Source: Eledone cirrhosa
Lineage: Eukaryota
Direction: 5' to 3'
NCBI GenBank assembly: GCA_964016885.1
Contig: OZ024741.1
Location: forward strand, 340,876,001-340,940,000
DNA length: 64,000 nt
Part shown: in pieces, positions 17,533 to 29,908 of the stretch
How positions within the stretch are numbered: the first letter of the stretch is position 1
Layout of the letters: each line of letters opens with the position of its first letter
Position numbers and translations under genes: made by a program
Notes under the pieces: model-generated
The model's database searches: none
Told to the model about the DNA's origin: nothing
The model's input: only the letters and a program-made list of their open reading frames with translations

Positions 17533-18036
17533 TCAGGTAACTAACCCATTCCAGCTTAATAATGAGAAAGTTATATATACTAAACAACTTCAAATTCTTG
17601 GTTACTTTCGAAATTATTTGAAAATCACAGGCACCCTTTCATTAAAAATATGGTTAAAAAAGCACAAAATGTGTGTATAATTAACTTATGCAAGAACCTT
17701 TGTTAAGTTGTGCTCCAAAAAACACTTTGATAATAAGGAAGTTGGTTTTATTACTAAATCCCTCCAAATTATTTATTATTTCTCAACTATTTCAAAGTAA
17801 CTGACAATGTTTTTCCATTAGAAACATGGAAACGAATAGTTTAAATCTGAATTTATGTCTTTGTAGTGTGTTTTTATCTTATGCCTACTTGGTGCCGGAT
17901 TGGCTGTGTGGTTAAGCATTTTGCTTCGCTACCATATGATTTTGGATTCTGTCTCGACACTTGGTCCCTTAACAATAACCTCAAGTTAACCAGTGTCTTG
18001 TCAATGGAATTTGGTTGACCGAACCTGCAGAAGCCC

Positions 18037-18076
<40 letters not shown>

Positions 18077-18078
<2 letters not shown>

Positions 18079-18190
18079 CAAAGAAGGTGTGGCAAAATAC
18101 CAGGTTGTCCATAACGCACCAGAGTACTTGATACTTCGGATCTAGCTGTCGAAACGGCCGAAGCTCAGCCGTTGGGGTCCTGACTCTTTT
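18077..18190. mobile_element. Family D, copy 2 (non-overlapping arms)
   Basis: 18077-18140 is the reversed tail; 18141-18190 is the forward body GTCGAAACGGCCGAAGCTCAGCCGTTGGGGTC. Confidence 0.75.
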
Positions 18191-18354
18191 TCTCTCTCTC
18201 TATATATATATATAAAGAAAAATCGATGAAGTTTTGTTACGCGCGTTTCACAGAGGATTGGGTCAAGGTCACCCATTGAAGTTATGGACCAGACTCTATT
18301 ATCGATCTGCTCTTCAGACTGGTGATTCAACAAACACTGTATTTATGTTGGTCA

Positions 18355-18560
18355 TTTACAGTTTAGTGTATGATCAACCTGGTCATTTATAATTAGGTGT
18401 GTAGTCTACCAGATCTTTCACAGTTCAGTGTGTAATCTACCAGGTTTTTCACAGTTCAGTGTGTAATCTACCAGATCTTTCACAGTTCAGTGTGTAATCT
18501 ACCAGGTTTTTCACAGTTCAGTGTGTAATCTACCTGATCCCTTACATTTTAGCCTGCGGT
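18355..18560. repeat. 31-bp minisatellite
   Basis: CACAGTTCAGTGTGTAATCTACCAG(ATCTTT/GTTTTT) repeated, with degenerate flanking units. Confidence 0.85.
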
Positions 18561-19214
18561 CTATCTGGTAATATACAGTTGAGGCTATAGTAGTAGACTG
18601 AACCTAAAACCACATGGTTGTGAGAACTTCTTAACCACACCACCATGACACATTGTTTAAAGTTCCTTTTCCCCTTCTGTACACACAAATTCCTCACTCA
18701 TACTAATAACCCCCCCCCCCTCTCTCTCTAATTAATATGTCCTTTTCTTCTTCTCCCTATTATTGGTTTATTTCCTCTCCAAACACTCCAGCATCCCTCC
18801 ATTCCCTCCCATCGATCTGCCCATATATATTCTTTCTATCCCTTTAACACTCCCAGTAACATTCTGTGTTATTGATACTGCCTCATTAGCTAATGCCGGC
18901 ATCATCAATTATTACTTATCCTTTGACTAATAACTTTTAATTAACACTAATCCATTTGGACCTACTGAATTAAGTTTCCTGTTCCTATCTTCCTCCATAA
19001 CAGTAACTCAGTAACCCTCCTCCCTTCCACGGCAATACATCATACCTAGTACCTCCAGCTCTCACCCTCCTTCATACCATAAGTCAATCCTCCTTCCCTC
19101 TCTGCCTATACATCATATCTAACACCCACCCATCTTCCTCCATGCCAAATGTCAACCCTCCTCCTACTCCCATGCCTATAAATCACACCCAACTGCACAC
19201 TTTTACCCCTCCAC

Positions 19215-19690
19215 ACCTGGATACATCCTACCTAACAATACCCCCACACACACACACACACCCCACGTCGATACTTCCTACCTAACACATACCTTCCCCT
19301 ACCCCCACGCCGATACTTCCTACCTAACACTCCCCTCCCCTCCCTACGTCGATACATCCTACCTAACACAGACACCCCCCTCCCCACAAGTCGATACATC
19401 CTACCCTACACCTCCCCCCACCAAGGTCGATACCCCCTACCTAACACACACCCTCCCCTCCTACGTCGATACCTCCTACCTCTCCACCCTCCCTACGTCG
19501 ATAAATCATACCAAACAACCCCCACCCCGCCACGTGGATACATCCTACCTAACACCCCCCCTACGTCGATACATCATACCCCACCACCACCACCACCACA
19601 TGTCGGTACATCCTACCTACCCCCTCCTCCTCCCCAAGTCGATACCCCCCCCCCCAACGTCTATAAATCCTACCTAGCACATACCTTTCC
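19215..19690. repeat. About 35-40-bp C-rich minisatellite
   Basis: ACGTCGATACATCCTACCTAACAC plus a variable C-run, about 12 units. Confidence 0.85.
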
Positions 19691-19994
19691 CCCTCTCCCT
19701 ATCTACAGTCTATCTAGCGTCCGTATCTCCTCCCTTTCCCATCTTGATCAACTCCATATTGTTAATTTTTACTTTTTAATCTTTCAAGTAAGAGTAATTT
19801 AGATAATTGCAGATAGTAATGGGATGTTGACACAAGACATACTGAGTAGATGTTTATAGGGCATACAGCGTGTAGATGTATATAGTATACAATATACAAT
19901 GTGTTGTTGTATATAGGATATTCAGCAGCGTATAGATATATATATAATATACAATGTGTTAATGCATATAAGACATACTGCAATATATATATAT

Positions 19995-20185
19995 AGGAAA
20001 AAGTATGACCCCGACGGCAGAGCTCAAGCCGTTTCGACGACTATTTCTGGACTCCAGAAATAGCCGTCGAAACGGCTTGAGCTCTGCCGTCGGGGTCATA
20101 CTTTTTCCTATTTCCCACTCTACTACCCTAAGTATTGAGTATTCTGGTGCGTTATGGTCCATCTGGTTCCTTACCACAATTCCTT

Positions 20186-20190
<5 letters not shown>
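19995..20190. mobile_element. Family D, copy 3
   Basis: Hairpin apex CTGGACTCCAG; tail on the right; TA flanks. Confidence 0.85.
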
Positions 20191-20253
<63 letters not shown>

Positions 20254-20509
20254 CGTAAAATAAGAACATTTAAAAAAAAAATTTTTTTAAAAATTAACTT
20301 ACTTACTTAAATTTTCACTCCAACTAATTAGTTTCTGCAATGGGATAAAGACAGTTACGTAATGAACCGTTGAGAATTTCATTGCGTCATCAGGGAGGTC
20401 ATTCTCAGCCGAGTCTCCAGGCGATGCGCGGACACTGGCGACTCATATAAAAATAATAATAATTCGGTAAATGGAACTGCTATCGAGGACTGGATTCCAG
20501 CTACTGAAA

Positions 20510-20617
<108 letters not shown>

Positions 20618-20657
20618 TACAAATATTAATAAAATGGATGTTCTTTTGATCAAATAC

Positions 20658-20710
20658 ATTTTATTATACATATTTCGGATGTACAACAGTACGTCCTCAT
20701 CAGACAAAAT
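20658..20710 (-). ncRNA. Type I minimal hammerhead ribozyme
   Basis: Reverse complement of 20782-20834. Confidence 0.8.
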
Positions 20711-20781
20711 CTAATGATATATGACATACCTTGATTAAATCTTAACCATTTAACATCTCAGGGTATGTCATGTATCATTAT

Positions 20782-20834
20782 ATTTTGTCTGATGAGGACG
20801 TACTGTTGTACATCCGAAATATGTATAATAAAAT
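20782..20834 (+). ncRNA. Type I minimal hammerhead ribozyme
   Basis: ATTTTGT-CTGATGA-GGACGTAC-TGTT-GTACATCC-GAAA-TATGTA-TA^ATAAAAT; stems I and II pair. Confidence 0.85.
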
Positions 20835-21007
20835 GTAATTGATCAAAAGAATATCTATTTTATTAACATTTGTATTTTAATATTAATAACTCTGGAAATG
20901 TATTTTCGTAGAGTGCTTCCAATCTACTGTAAAACTCATTCTTTGATATACTCATTGAATCTAGAAGTTAAAAGCCAAGTGACCAGGCTACAAGTAATCA
21001 TGTATAT

Positions 21008-22716
21008 ATGTATGAGATGAAAGAATGGTATTTAACTAATGTATTGGTACGCGATGGGGCCCACCCACAGCCCCGGCGGACAGAATGGAGAAGGCGTTTC
21101 CCCGGAGGACGGCAAGGGAGAGGCGCTGGAAAAGCCACTCCAACTCGCAGGGATCACACCTACGGCTGGCCAGCTCAGCGCCTATGGTGGTGAGTAAGGA
21201 GGTAGCCATGGGGCCGAGGACACCAGACGTTTCCACTGCCAGGGGAACGCCCGCAAACCTGATGGATAGCAACCGGTATTTGAGGAGTTTCGCCCCCTCA
21301 GCCCGACGTGCAGCAGAACCTGGGTCAGTCGCAGATTTCACCAGGTTGCGGCTGCAGAAAGTGTCGGTGCAAGTGGCATCCCAGACGAGGGGTTTGCCAC
21401 TGCGGAATTGGAAGATGGTCATGCCATCTGGCCTTTTGCCGTCCCCTCGATCCAGCCCCACCGGCTCGAGCTGGGAAGGGAAGCCTGCAGCGTCCAAGCC
21501 ATGCTTAATGACCTCGTTGAGGGCAGTATGGCGTGGATTGCGGCCGGCACTGTGGCGACAGGAAAGTGGGTGGAGGCCGAAAGAGTCCACGGTGGAACCG
21601 CAGCGACATTGGTGTGGCTGGCAGATCCGGAGGCCGAGCCTCAGGGAAACGCCGATTCGCAGGCTATGGGAGTCGAGCTGCGTACCAGTGGAGAAGGAGG
21701 GCAGAGTATGGAGCCAGGCACCACTGTGGGGTTTGGAGGCCGCACGAAAACAAGCAAGGCGGTGCTGGTCGAGCTGGCGCGTGAGCCTGTCTGAGGCCAG
21801 GCTGCACTGGATGGCATCCCAAGTGCGTTGGGGGGGGGGGGGGCTTGACGTCAACAGGGGGAGAAGGAGAAGGGACGTCTACTGGGCTAAATCCCAGCCG
21901 GTCCCACGTCTCACAGGCGGCATCACGTTCTCTGAACACAGGGTTCTGTTGTGTTTTGAAGAACCCTGCTGACGAGGACGCGGCGCGAGGTTACCGACGA
22001 AATATACGCCGGCAAAGCTAGTGAGATCGGGGACCGGAGGCCTAGGCCGCCATACCTGACCGGTAAAGTGGCCTGTTGCCACCCTATGTCGTCAAACTTG
22101 ACGTTGCATATCCCCTCGGCTGCTGCTCGGATACAAGTATCGAGGTCAGCGAGGAGAGATGTCTGGGTGTAGCATGGAGCGCTGCGGAGTGTATAGAGGA
22201 GCTTCGGCATGGCGAAGCAGTTCCTCAGCAGAAAGAGAGCTGGGTGGCCGTCAATAAAGCCCAATCGGCTCGTGAGAGTCTGGAGCTGTTGAAGCCTGGA
22301 CCTGATGGTGGAGCGGATGGCCGGCGGGTGGATCGGTGACCCGAGGATGAGGACATCCTCTTTGGGGGTCACCTGAACCTGGCGGGGAATGGACTGCACG
22401 TCCAAGACGGAGGCTGCAAAGCTCGCAGCATCGAGGCTGACGTTCACCACCTCCGACTTGGCCGAGTTGAACTGGAGGCCGATTCCCACCAGGGCAGGAG
22501 TCACCGATTGAAGGTCTTGGCAGACCGTCCGTACGGGCCCGCTCAACGTAGCATCATCCAGATACCAAACGTCGAGAGGGGCCGTGATACTCCGGGCGAT
22601 GTGGTCAATACCAAGGGCGAACAGGAGGGGTCCCAAAGGATCGCCCTGTTGGACCACAGTAGCATACGGTATGACTGTATCAGCAGCTAGGAGCATGCTC
22701 GGGGCTCCATTTAACT
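21008..22716 (-). mobile_element. 5'-truncated, frameshifted CRE-like non-LTR retrotransposon (RT, zinc knuckle, PD-(D/E)xK nuclease)
   Basis: QQGDPLGPLLF, WYLDD, GGLGLR, CRCG..H..SC, RH, RPDG, WDATC, KY and AVET motifs; GC-rich. Confidence 0.85.
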
Positions 22717-22799
22717 CTTTAATATATATATATATATATATAATATACAATCTGTTAATGTATATAAGACATACTGTGGGCGTGTATATATATATATAT

Positions 22800-23165
22800 A
22801 TTTCGTTTTGAATTTGTTTTGCAAGATTTCTTATCTGAAAACGTGTGTTGAAACAGATATTGTTATACTTTGGGAGGGTCATGCTGCCAATAAAAACACA
22901 CGCGTCTGTTGGTTTTCACTTCAATTTATTATAAATTTCCGCTTGGTTGGTTGGTTCGATAAACGGATGGTTGTTTATATGTTGTCAAAGCTCTTTCGTC
23001 ACACATTCTGTGACCTCCTCAGTGACTGGGTTTTATTTTGTCTCTCTCCTCTGTTCTTTCCTGTTGTGTGTTGTGTGAACACATAACAGACAAAAACGAG
23101 ATGCTGTTGGATAGAACAGGTGTGTGTGTGTTTATTGGCAGTATGGCCCTCCCAAAGTATAACTA
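22800..23165. mobile_element. PLE family C end (tail arm plus short inverted arm); HHR on minus strand 22984-23026
   Basis: GTCA-CTGAGGA-G-GTCACA-GAATG-TGTGAC-GAAA-GAGC-TT^TGAC; homologous to 57.3 and 58.7-60.0 kb. Confidence 0.8.
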
Positions 23166-23167
23166 TA

Positions 23168-23205
<38 letters not shown>

Positions 23206-23774
23206 AATATATAAATATATACAATGTGTAGATGTATAATGTATATAATATATACTGAGTAGATATAATAATATAATAATAATAATAATAATGCTTTCTT
23301 TATTAACCACAAGGGTTTACATAAAGTAGACATTAAGGACAGTACAGGACAATACCGGACGGTACAAATGGGCATTTCTGCGTGTAAAAAACAAAACCAG
23401 AGGATGTAACAAAAAACAATAACAATGAAAAATTCCCCAATAGGGGGGAGACTTCCGAGAGACATTCGTGGAGAAAGCCCATTAAAAAGCCACAGTGACC
23501 CTGACCACCAGTTTTCCACCTTTAATTTACAAACACATATTCAGAGTAGGCCCATCTACTCTCTCACCTATCTCTACCCTGATTTTCTTTTTCAAATGTG
23601 AAATTTGAAAAAGGTAATCAGGGCATCACCGAAGAGGTGAGTGCTCGTCTTCAGTTCTTTCAAACGTATCCACCATACTATCTCTTTCGCCATGGCCACC
23701 AGACAGATAAAAATTGCTTGCCCTTCCCGGCTAAAGGAGGAGGGCGGGGCAATCCTCTAATAATAATAATAATA

Positions 23775-23965
23775 ATTGTTTCTACTTTTGGCACAAGGCC
23801 AGCAATTACCCAGTGTATTACTGGTACTTTATTTTATCGACCCCGTAAGGATGAAAGGCAAAGTTAACCTTGGCGGGATTTGAACTCAGATTGGAAAGGG
23901 CCGTAACTCTATGCGTCAAAGCATGGTGTCCGACCCTCTACCGATACTGCCAATCCAGCGCCTCT
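23775..23965 (-). mobile_element. SINE, dominant family
   Basis: Full-length reverse copy with (ATT)n tail; CTCTAATAATAATAATAAT on both flanks. Confidence 0.9.
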
Positions 23966-23967
23966 AA

Positions 23968-24414
23968 TAATAATAATAATGAAATTATTGTATACAGTGC
24001 TCATGTGCGCTACAACTCATCAAAGGTGCATGTATAGTACATAGAATAATGTACAAATGTCAGGAAAATGAACAGTGTACGAGTCATGAAATACATGTGT
24101 GCGTGTGTATGGAAGGGGGACATTAGGTGTAGTGTTGGCGAATCTCAGGAAGCATGGAGGTTTTAAAGGATGCGGTGTCTCGACAGCTAACAACTGATGC
24201 TGGTAGTTTGTTCCATGCTTCAGCAACTTTGAGCGTGAAAAAATGGTTCCGAAAATCATGGGAGCTGTGCTGTTTTCTGACTTTGTAGGCATGCCCACGT
24301 GTTCTAGACATATGGAAATCAAAAAGGTGCTCAGATATGTTAATATATTTAGAGCACACTCTGTGTAGATGTACAGAAGACAATCTGGATGTAAACAGGA
24401 CATAATGTGTATAC

Positions 24415-24415
<1 letters not shown>
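23968..24415 (-). mobile_element. CR1-type LINE 3' fragment
   Basis: TRGHAYKV..FRNHFFTLKVAEAWNKLPASVV is the typical CR1 ORF2 C-terminus; (ATT)n tail. Confidence 0.85.
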
Positions 24416-24480
<65 letters not shown>

Positions 24481-24528
24481 CATATATATCTATGTATGTA
24501 TGCGTGTGTATGTATGTATATGTATGTA

Positions 24529-24587
<59 letters not shown>

Positions 24588-24619
24588 AGATCAAAAGATG
24601 GTTAAAGGAGTTCAATATA

Positions 24620-24686
24620 TTTTATTATGCGCATTTCAAAAACAAACATCATCAAACAATAATATTTGTGTTTTCATCAGATAAAA
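24620..24686 (-). ncRNA. Type I hammerhead ribozyme in the sense 3' UTR of the PLE
   Basis: Reverse complement of 29842-29908. Confidence 0.85.
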
Positions 24687-25905
24687 CAGGAGAACATGAT
24701 ATGAAGGCTAAAAAAAACACTTGTTGATAGTGCAGTTTTAAATCAACATATGAAAAGTGGTTTTAGATTGATGTGTGATATTGGGAAAAATATTTTATTT
24801 AGAGAGGGGGGGAGAGAAAAGGATGAAAAGGGAAGGAGATGAGAGGGAGAGATGGGTGATAGAGAGAGAGAGATAGTTTTTATAACAGAGAGGAGATATA
24901 TTTTATATAGAGGGGTTGAAAACCGTTGGAAGATACTGTATAAATTAAAAATTTTGAAAATTAACGAAGGGAGGATATGTGCGAGGAAAAAATATATTAT
25001 ATTTAGGGAGGGGTGGGGGTGGAAAGGATGAAAAAAAGGGGAGGAGATGAGAGTGAAGGTGGAAAGGGAGAGATGGGTGATAGAGAGAAAGAGATAGTTT
25101 TTATAACTGAGAAAAAGATATAATGTTTTAATATAGAGAGGTTGGGAACCGTTGGAAGATAATGTATAAATTAAAGGAATTTGAAAATTAACGAAGGGAA
25201 ATTATGTATGGAGATAGAGAGAAAAAAATAACGAAGGGAGATTATGTATGGAGATAGAGAGAAAAAAATAATAATTGTGGGTGAATATTCAAAAGGAGAA
25301 ATGTAGGAATCTTAAAATTAGCAAAGAGAAAATGTTTATGTATAGGATTTGAGAAAAATTTATATTGAATTCATATGTATTAATAATGAGTTCGTTGATG
25401 GGGAGAAAAAAATAATAATAATAAATTAAGGATGAAATTGAGATTAAAAAGATTTATGATAGAGAGAAAAAATAATAATGATTGCGGATGAATACTCAAA
25501 ATGTCAAAAACAAATGTTATTGTTTTACGAAGAGATATAATGAGGGTGATGAGTAAACGGGTATTATAGAGTGTATAATGCCCTTTAAAGTAAGGTAGAT
25601 GGGTATATTTTAAAGAATATATGAGTATATATTAAAAAAAATATATATAATAATAAATTAAGGATGAAATTGAGATTAAAAAGATTTATGATAGAGGGAA
25701 AAAAAATAATAATGATTGCGGATGAATATTCAAAATGTCAAAAACAAATGTTATTGTTTTACGAGAAGATAGGATGAGGTAAATGAATAAACGAGTACTA
25801 TAGAGTGTATAATGCCCTTTAAAGTAAGGTAGATGGGTATATTTTAAAGAGGTGTATGTATATGTGCCTTTGAGAAAAGATTCTAAATTGATAAAGAATT
25901 GAATA

Positions 25906-28308
25906 TTAACTGTATACTTTGTGAAAAGTTCTATGGAATTTATGAAGGCAGATGGAAAACAAATCCGAGCGTCTATTTATTATGGATTCTAGGTTAGAGA
26001 TAATGGTAAATTTTTCATTTAGGCAGAGATTACAGATTTTAGATAGAGAACTGTTCAAGTACGAGGATGCAGAAGAAATCTTTTTCCAAAAGATGTTATA
26101 TTTAATGTTTTTGTCTTTTAAGGACCATATGAGTTCTGAGAGAGCAGTGTTAGTTCTTTTAAGTTTGTATTTGAAAGATGAATGATGATTATAGAGACGA
26201 GCTTTAAAAGAGGTGGAAGTGGAGCCAAAATAGGTGAAGGAGTTGGTGCTAGTTATAATTTTACATTCATAAATTAAGTTTTTATCGAGGCAATGGTTGT
26301 TGAGAGGACATTTATTTTTAATGCGGCAGTTGCAATTAGAGAGATTATTAATGAGTGATCTAGTGTTATCTATAGAAGGAATTGGATTGGAGAAGTTGTT
26401 TGCGATAGGAATAATAGGTATAATAGTTTCTTGATTTAGAGTTGGATTATGAACATTTAGCGAAGTTGTGTTTGACGTTGCATTTGGGTTTACAGAAGTT
26501 AGCCTAGGGTTTACAATGACGTCAGGAGTACTATTATTGTTATTATGAGATTCAATATTGGAAGGAAGAGATTTAGTATTTAATATTTTGTTGTTGTGTT
26601 TAGAAATGATGTTGGAAATATTGGAGGATGTAGAATACGAAAATTTAATGGTGTGTTTGTTAAATATTTTACTATAGATATGTGAGGGAGGGAAGCATTT
26701 ATTTAAGGCACTAAAAAATAATTTAGGAATATTGTTATTAATAGAGATGGAGAAAGGAGCATTATACCAGATTATGTTTTTGTATCTAGGTCTTTTATTA
26801 AAATTATTGGAATGGTTATGATTAAATATTCTACTGTAAGTTTTCCTAGAATTTGTTTCTTTATTATATTTGATTTTATCTGGATAGCCAGCTTTAGAAA
26901 GTGCGTTATTATAGTAATTGGCGTTAGCATCAAAGATGTTTTTATTAGAAGATATGTTAGATATTCTATTTCCAATATTATTAACTATAGCATTCTTGAT
27001 ATTGGTAGGATGGTTAGATTTAAAGTTAACATAATTAAGATTCTCATTGTTTTTATGGTAAGGGTAATATAGGCCAGTGTCAAGATTAAGAGATACATCC
27101 AAGAAATTAGCTAGTTTGGTACTATTATCAAATTCAATTTTTAGGTTATGTTGGTTAAAGAGATTACGTATATTGTTCTTAATAATATTAAGTTTAACTA
27201 TATTGCAATTTAGGATAGTAAAGAGTCCATCGTCACGATAAATTCCACCGCGAAGTTGAGGAATTTTCCGACTCAAAGAGTTCAAAATGAAGATACCAAT
27301 TAAATCAGTCAATTGGGATGAATCGGATGCTCCCATTGTGATGTCGAAGTTGTTAGAGGTATCGGCTCTGGTCCAATATTCGTTGTTGAACTCTAGGATG
27401 GTTTTACGTGCGGTGAGGATGATGTGAAGTTCATCTGTGGTGATGTCAGAATATTTAAGTGCGAAAGATAGAGCATTATTGAGAAGTGAAGGCGAAATGG
27501 AGGAATAGTAGCTGGCAATATCGAATTGAATAAATTTTAGTTTGTTTTTATTATCCAATTTGTTGAACCAGCCAATCACTTCAGAAGTACCAAACCATAA
27601 ATTTAGGTTTAAAGAAGAGCAATTAGAACTAACCTGTGGGATAATCCTATCCAAGATGGCTTTACTAACAACCCCCAGATCAGATTTAGAGGGGGCGATT
27701 AATCTAACAGGTAGTTCAGTGCGAAAATTGTTTTTGTGATCCTTGAGATTTATCCTCGGAGTTCTTGGGAGGAATGGTTCGGTCTTTTTTTCAATGCCAA
27801 GTTTTGACATAATCTCATAGGCTTCAAGGTTTATGCATTCTAAATTTTCATGGTTGGTTTTACGATACTTTTTCCTAAGTTCCTTTAGGATAAGGTTGTT
27901 ATAATTATCCTTGGAAATACCATATAGGTTATTGGTTTTGTCAGAGTGGACTAAAACATTTTTTGAGGAATTTAGGTTAGAGATTGTGTTCTTGAGATTT
28001 ACAAGGTGCTCTTGTCCTTTGTAAGGGTATCTCTTGAATTTAAGATTTTTTATAATTTTAGTTAATTCTTCCTCGAATTGTGCTAGATTTTTGTTGGAAG
28101 GAGGATTTCGTCTGGAATTAAAAAGATGATCGAGGAAGTTGTGTTCTTTGGTATGAAAGTTCCCTTTTAGGCGCTGGTCATAGAAATAGGCTGTCCATCT
28201 AAGTCTTCTTACGAAGGAGTCAGTTTTTTCAATAAGAAGTTTGGTGAATTCAGATTTACCAGGTATAGGAATGTCTTTAGTAGAATTGGTTATGTTGTAA
28301 TAATCCAT
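25906..28308 (-). CDS. PLE polyprotein: reverse transcriptase, Cys-rich linker and GIY-YIG endonuclease (about 800 aa)
   Basis: Uninterrupted ORF with QFDIASYYSSI, ITMGASDS, IYRDDGL, FLDVSL, SNHP, CNCR..CPL..CL, LIYECKI..YFGST..FKARL.NH and CNLCLNEK; start taken at the ATG of MDYY (upstream ATG at 28335 possible). Confidence 0.93.
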   Translation of the reverse strand: MDYYNITNSTKDIPIPGKSEFTKLLIEKTDSFVRRLRWTAYFYDQRLKGNFHTKEHNFLDHLFNSRRNPPSNKNLAQFEEELTKIIKNLKFKRYPYKGQEHLVNLKNTISNLNSSKNVLVHSDKTNNLYGISKDNYNNLILKELRKKYRKTNHENLECINLEAYEIMSKLGIEKKTEPFLPRTPRINLKDHKNNFRTELPVRLIAPSKSDLGVVSKAILDRIIPQVSSNCSSLNLNLWFGTSEVIGWFNKLDNKNKLKFIQFDIASYYSSISPSLLNNALSFALKYSDITTDELHIILTARKTILEFNNEYWTRADTSNNFDITMGASDSSQLTDLIGIFILNSLSRKIPQLRGGIYRDDGLFTILNCNIVKLNIIKNNIRNLFNQHNLKIEFDNSTKLANFLDVSLNLDTGLYYPYHKNNENLNYVNFKSNHPTNIKNAIVNNIGNRISNISSNKNIFDANANYYNNALSKAGYPDKIKYNKETNSRKTYSRIFNHNHSNNFNKRPRYKNIIWYNAPFSISINNNIPKLFFSALNKCFPPSHIYSKIFNKHTIKFSYSTSSNISNIISKHNNKILNTKSLPSNIESHNNNNSTPDVIVNPRLTSVNPNATSNTTSLNVHNPTLNQETIIPIIPIANNFSNPIPSIDNTRSLINNLSNCNCRIKNKCPLNNHCLDKNLIYECKIITSTNSFTYFGSTSTSFKARLYNHHSSFKYKLKRTNTALSELIWSLKDKNIKYNIFWKKISSASSYLNSSLSKICNLCLNEKFTIISNLESIINRRSDLFSICLHKFHRTFHKVYS

Positions 28309-29841
28309 GTTGTAGAAGAAGAGGTGAAGGACCATCAAAAGGTATCCAATATGAGAGTAAGCGCTCAACCGTTAAGGAGCAAGTAAATGTAGGACTCATA
28401 TGGTCCTTAAAAGACAAAAACATTAAATATAACATCTTTTGGAAAAAGATTTCTTCTGCATCCTCGTACTTGAACAGTTCTCTATCTAAAATCTGTAATC
28501 TCTGCCTAAATGAAAAATTTACCATTATCTCTAACCTAGAATCCATAATAAATAGACGCTCGGATTTGTTTTCCATCTGCCTTCATAAATTCCATAGAAC
28601 TTTTCACAAAGTATACAGTTAATATTCAATTCTTTATCAATTTAGAATCTTTTCTCAAAGGCACATATACATACACCTCTTTAAAATATACCCATCTACC
28701 TTACTTTAAAGGGCATTATACACTCTATAGTACTCGTTTATTCATTTACCTCATCCTATCTTCTCGTAAAACAATAACATTTGTTTTTGACATTTTGAAT
28801 ATTCATCCGCAATCATTATTATTTTTTTTCCCTCTATCATAAATCTTTTTAATCTCAATTTCATCCTTAATTTATTATTATATATATTTTTTTTAATATA
28901 TACTCATATATTCTTTAAAATATACCCATCTACCTTACTTTAAAGGGCATTATACACTCTATAATACCCGTTTACTCATCACCCTCATTATATCTCTTCG
29001 TAAAACAATAACATTTGTTTTTGACATTTTGAGTATTCATCCGCAATCATTATTATTTTTTCTCTCTATCATAAATCTTTTTAATCTCAATTTCATCCTT
29101 AATTTATTATTATTATTTTTTTCTCCCCATCAACGAACTCATTATTAATACATATGAATTCAATATAAATTTTTCTTAAATCCTATACATAAACATTTTC
29201 TCTTTGCTAATTTTAAGATTCCTACATTTCTCCTTTTGAATATTCACCCACAATTATTATTTTTTTCTCTCTATCTCCATACATAATCTCCCTTCGTTAT
29301 TTTTTTCTCTCTATCTCCATACATAATTTCCCTTCGTTAATTTTCAAATTCCTTTAATTTATACATTATCTTCCAACGGTTCCCAACCTCTCTATATTAA
29401 AACATTATATCTTTTTCTCAGTTATAAAAACTATCTCTTTCTCTCTATCACCCATCTCTCCCTTTCCACCTTCACTCTCATCTCCTCCCCTTTTTTTCAT
29501 CCTTTCCACCCCCACCCCTCCCTAAATATAATATATTTTTTCCTCGCACATATCCTCCCTTCGTTAATTTTCAAAATTTTTAATTTATACAGTATCTTCC
29601 AACGGTTTTCAACCCCTCTATATAAAATATATCTCCTCTCTGTTATAAAAACTATCTCTCTCTCTCTATCACCCATCTCTCCCTCTCATCTCCTTCCCTT
29701 TTCATCCTTTTCTCTCCCCCCCTCTCTAAATAAAATATTTTTCCCAATATCACACATCAATCTAAAACCACTTTTCATATGTTGATTTAAAACTGCACTA
29801 TCAACAAGTGTTTTTTTTAGCCTTCATATCATGTTCTCCTG

Positions 29842-29908
29842 TTTTATCTGATGAAAACACAAATATTATTGTTTGATGATGTTTGTTTTTGAAATGCGCA
29901 TAATAAAA
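29842..29908 (+). ncRNA. Type I hammerhead ribozyme in the inverted arm
   Basis: TTTTAT-CTGATGA-long A/U stem II-GAAA-TGCGCA-TA^ATAAAA; palindromic stem III ATGCGCAT. Confidence 0.85.

Noticed and set aside
20365-20400. Minus-strand CTGATGA-CGCAAT-GAAA
   Set aside because: No convincing stems I and III
21085-21972. 295-aa + strand ORF
   Set aside because: Antisense shadow of the GC-rich CRE-like coding frame
23280-23560. Possible L1/Tx1 3' UTR on minus strand (AATAAA plus ATT tail)
   Set aside because: No coding motif to assign a family
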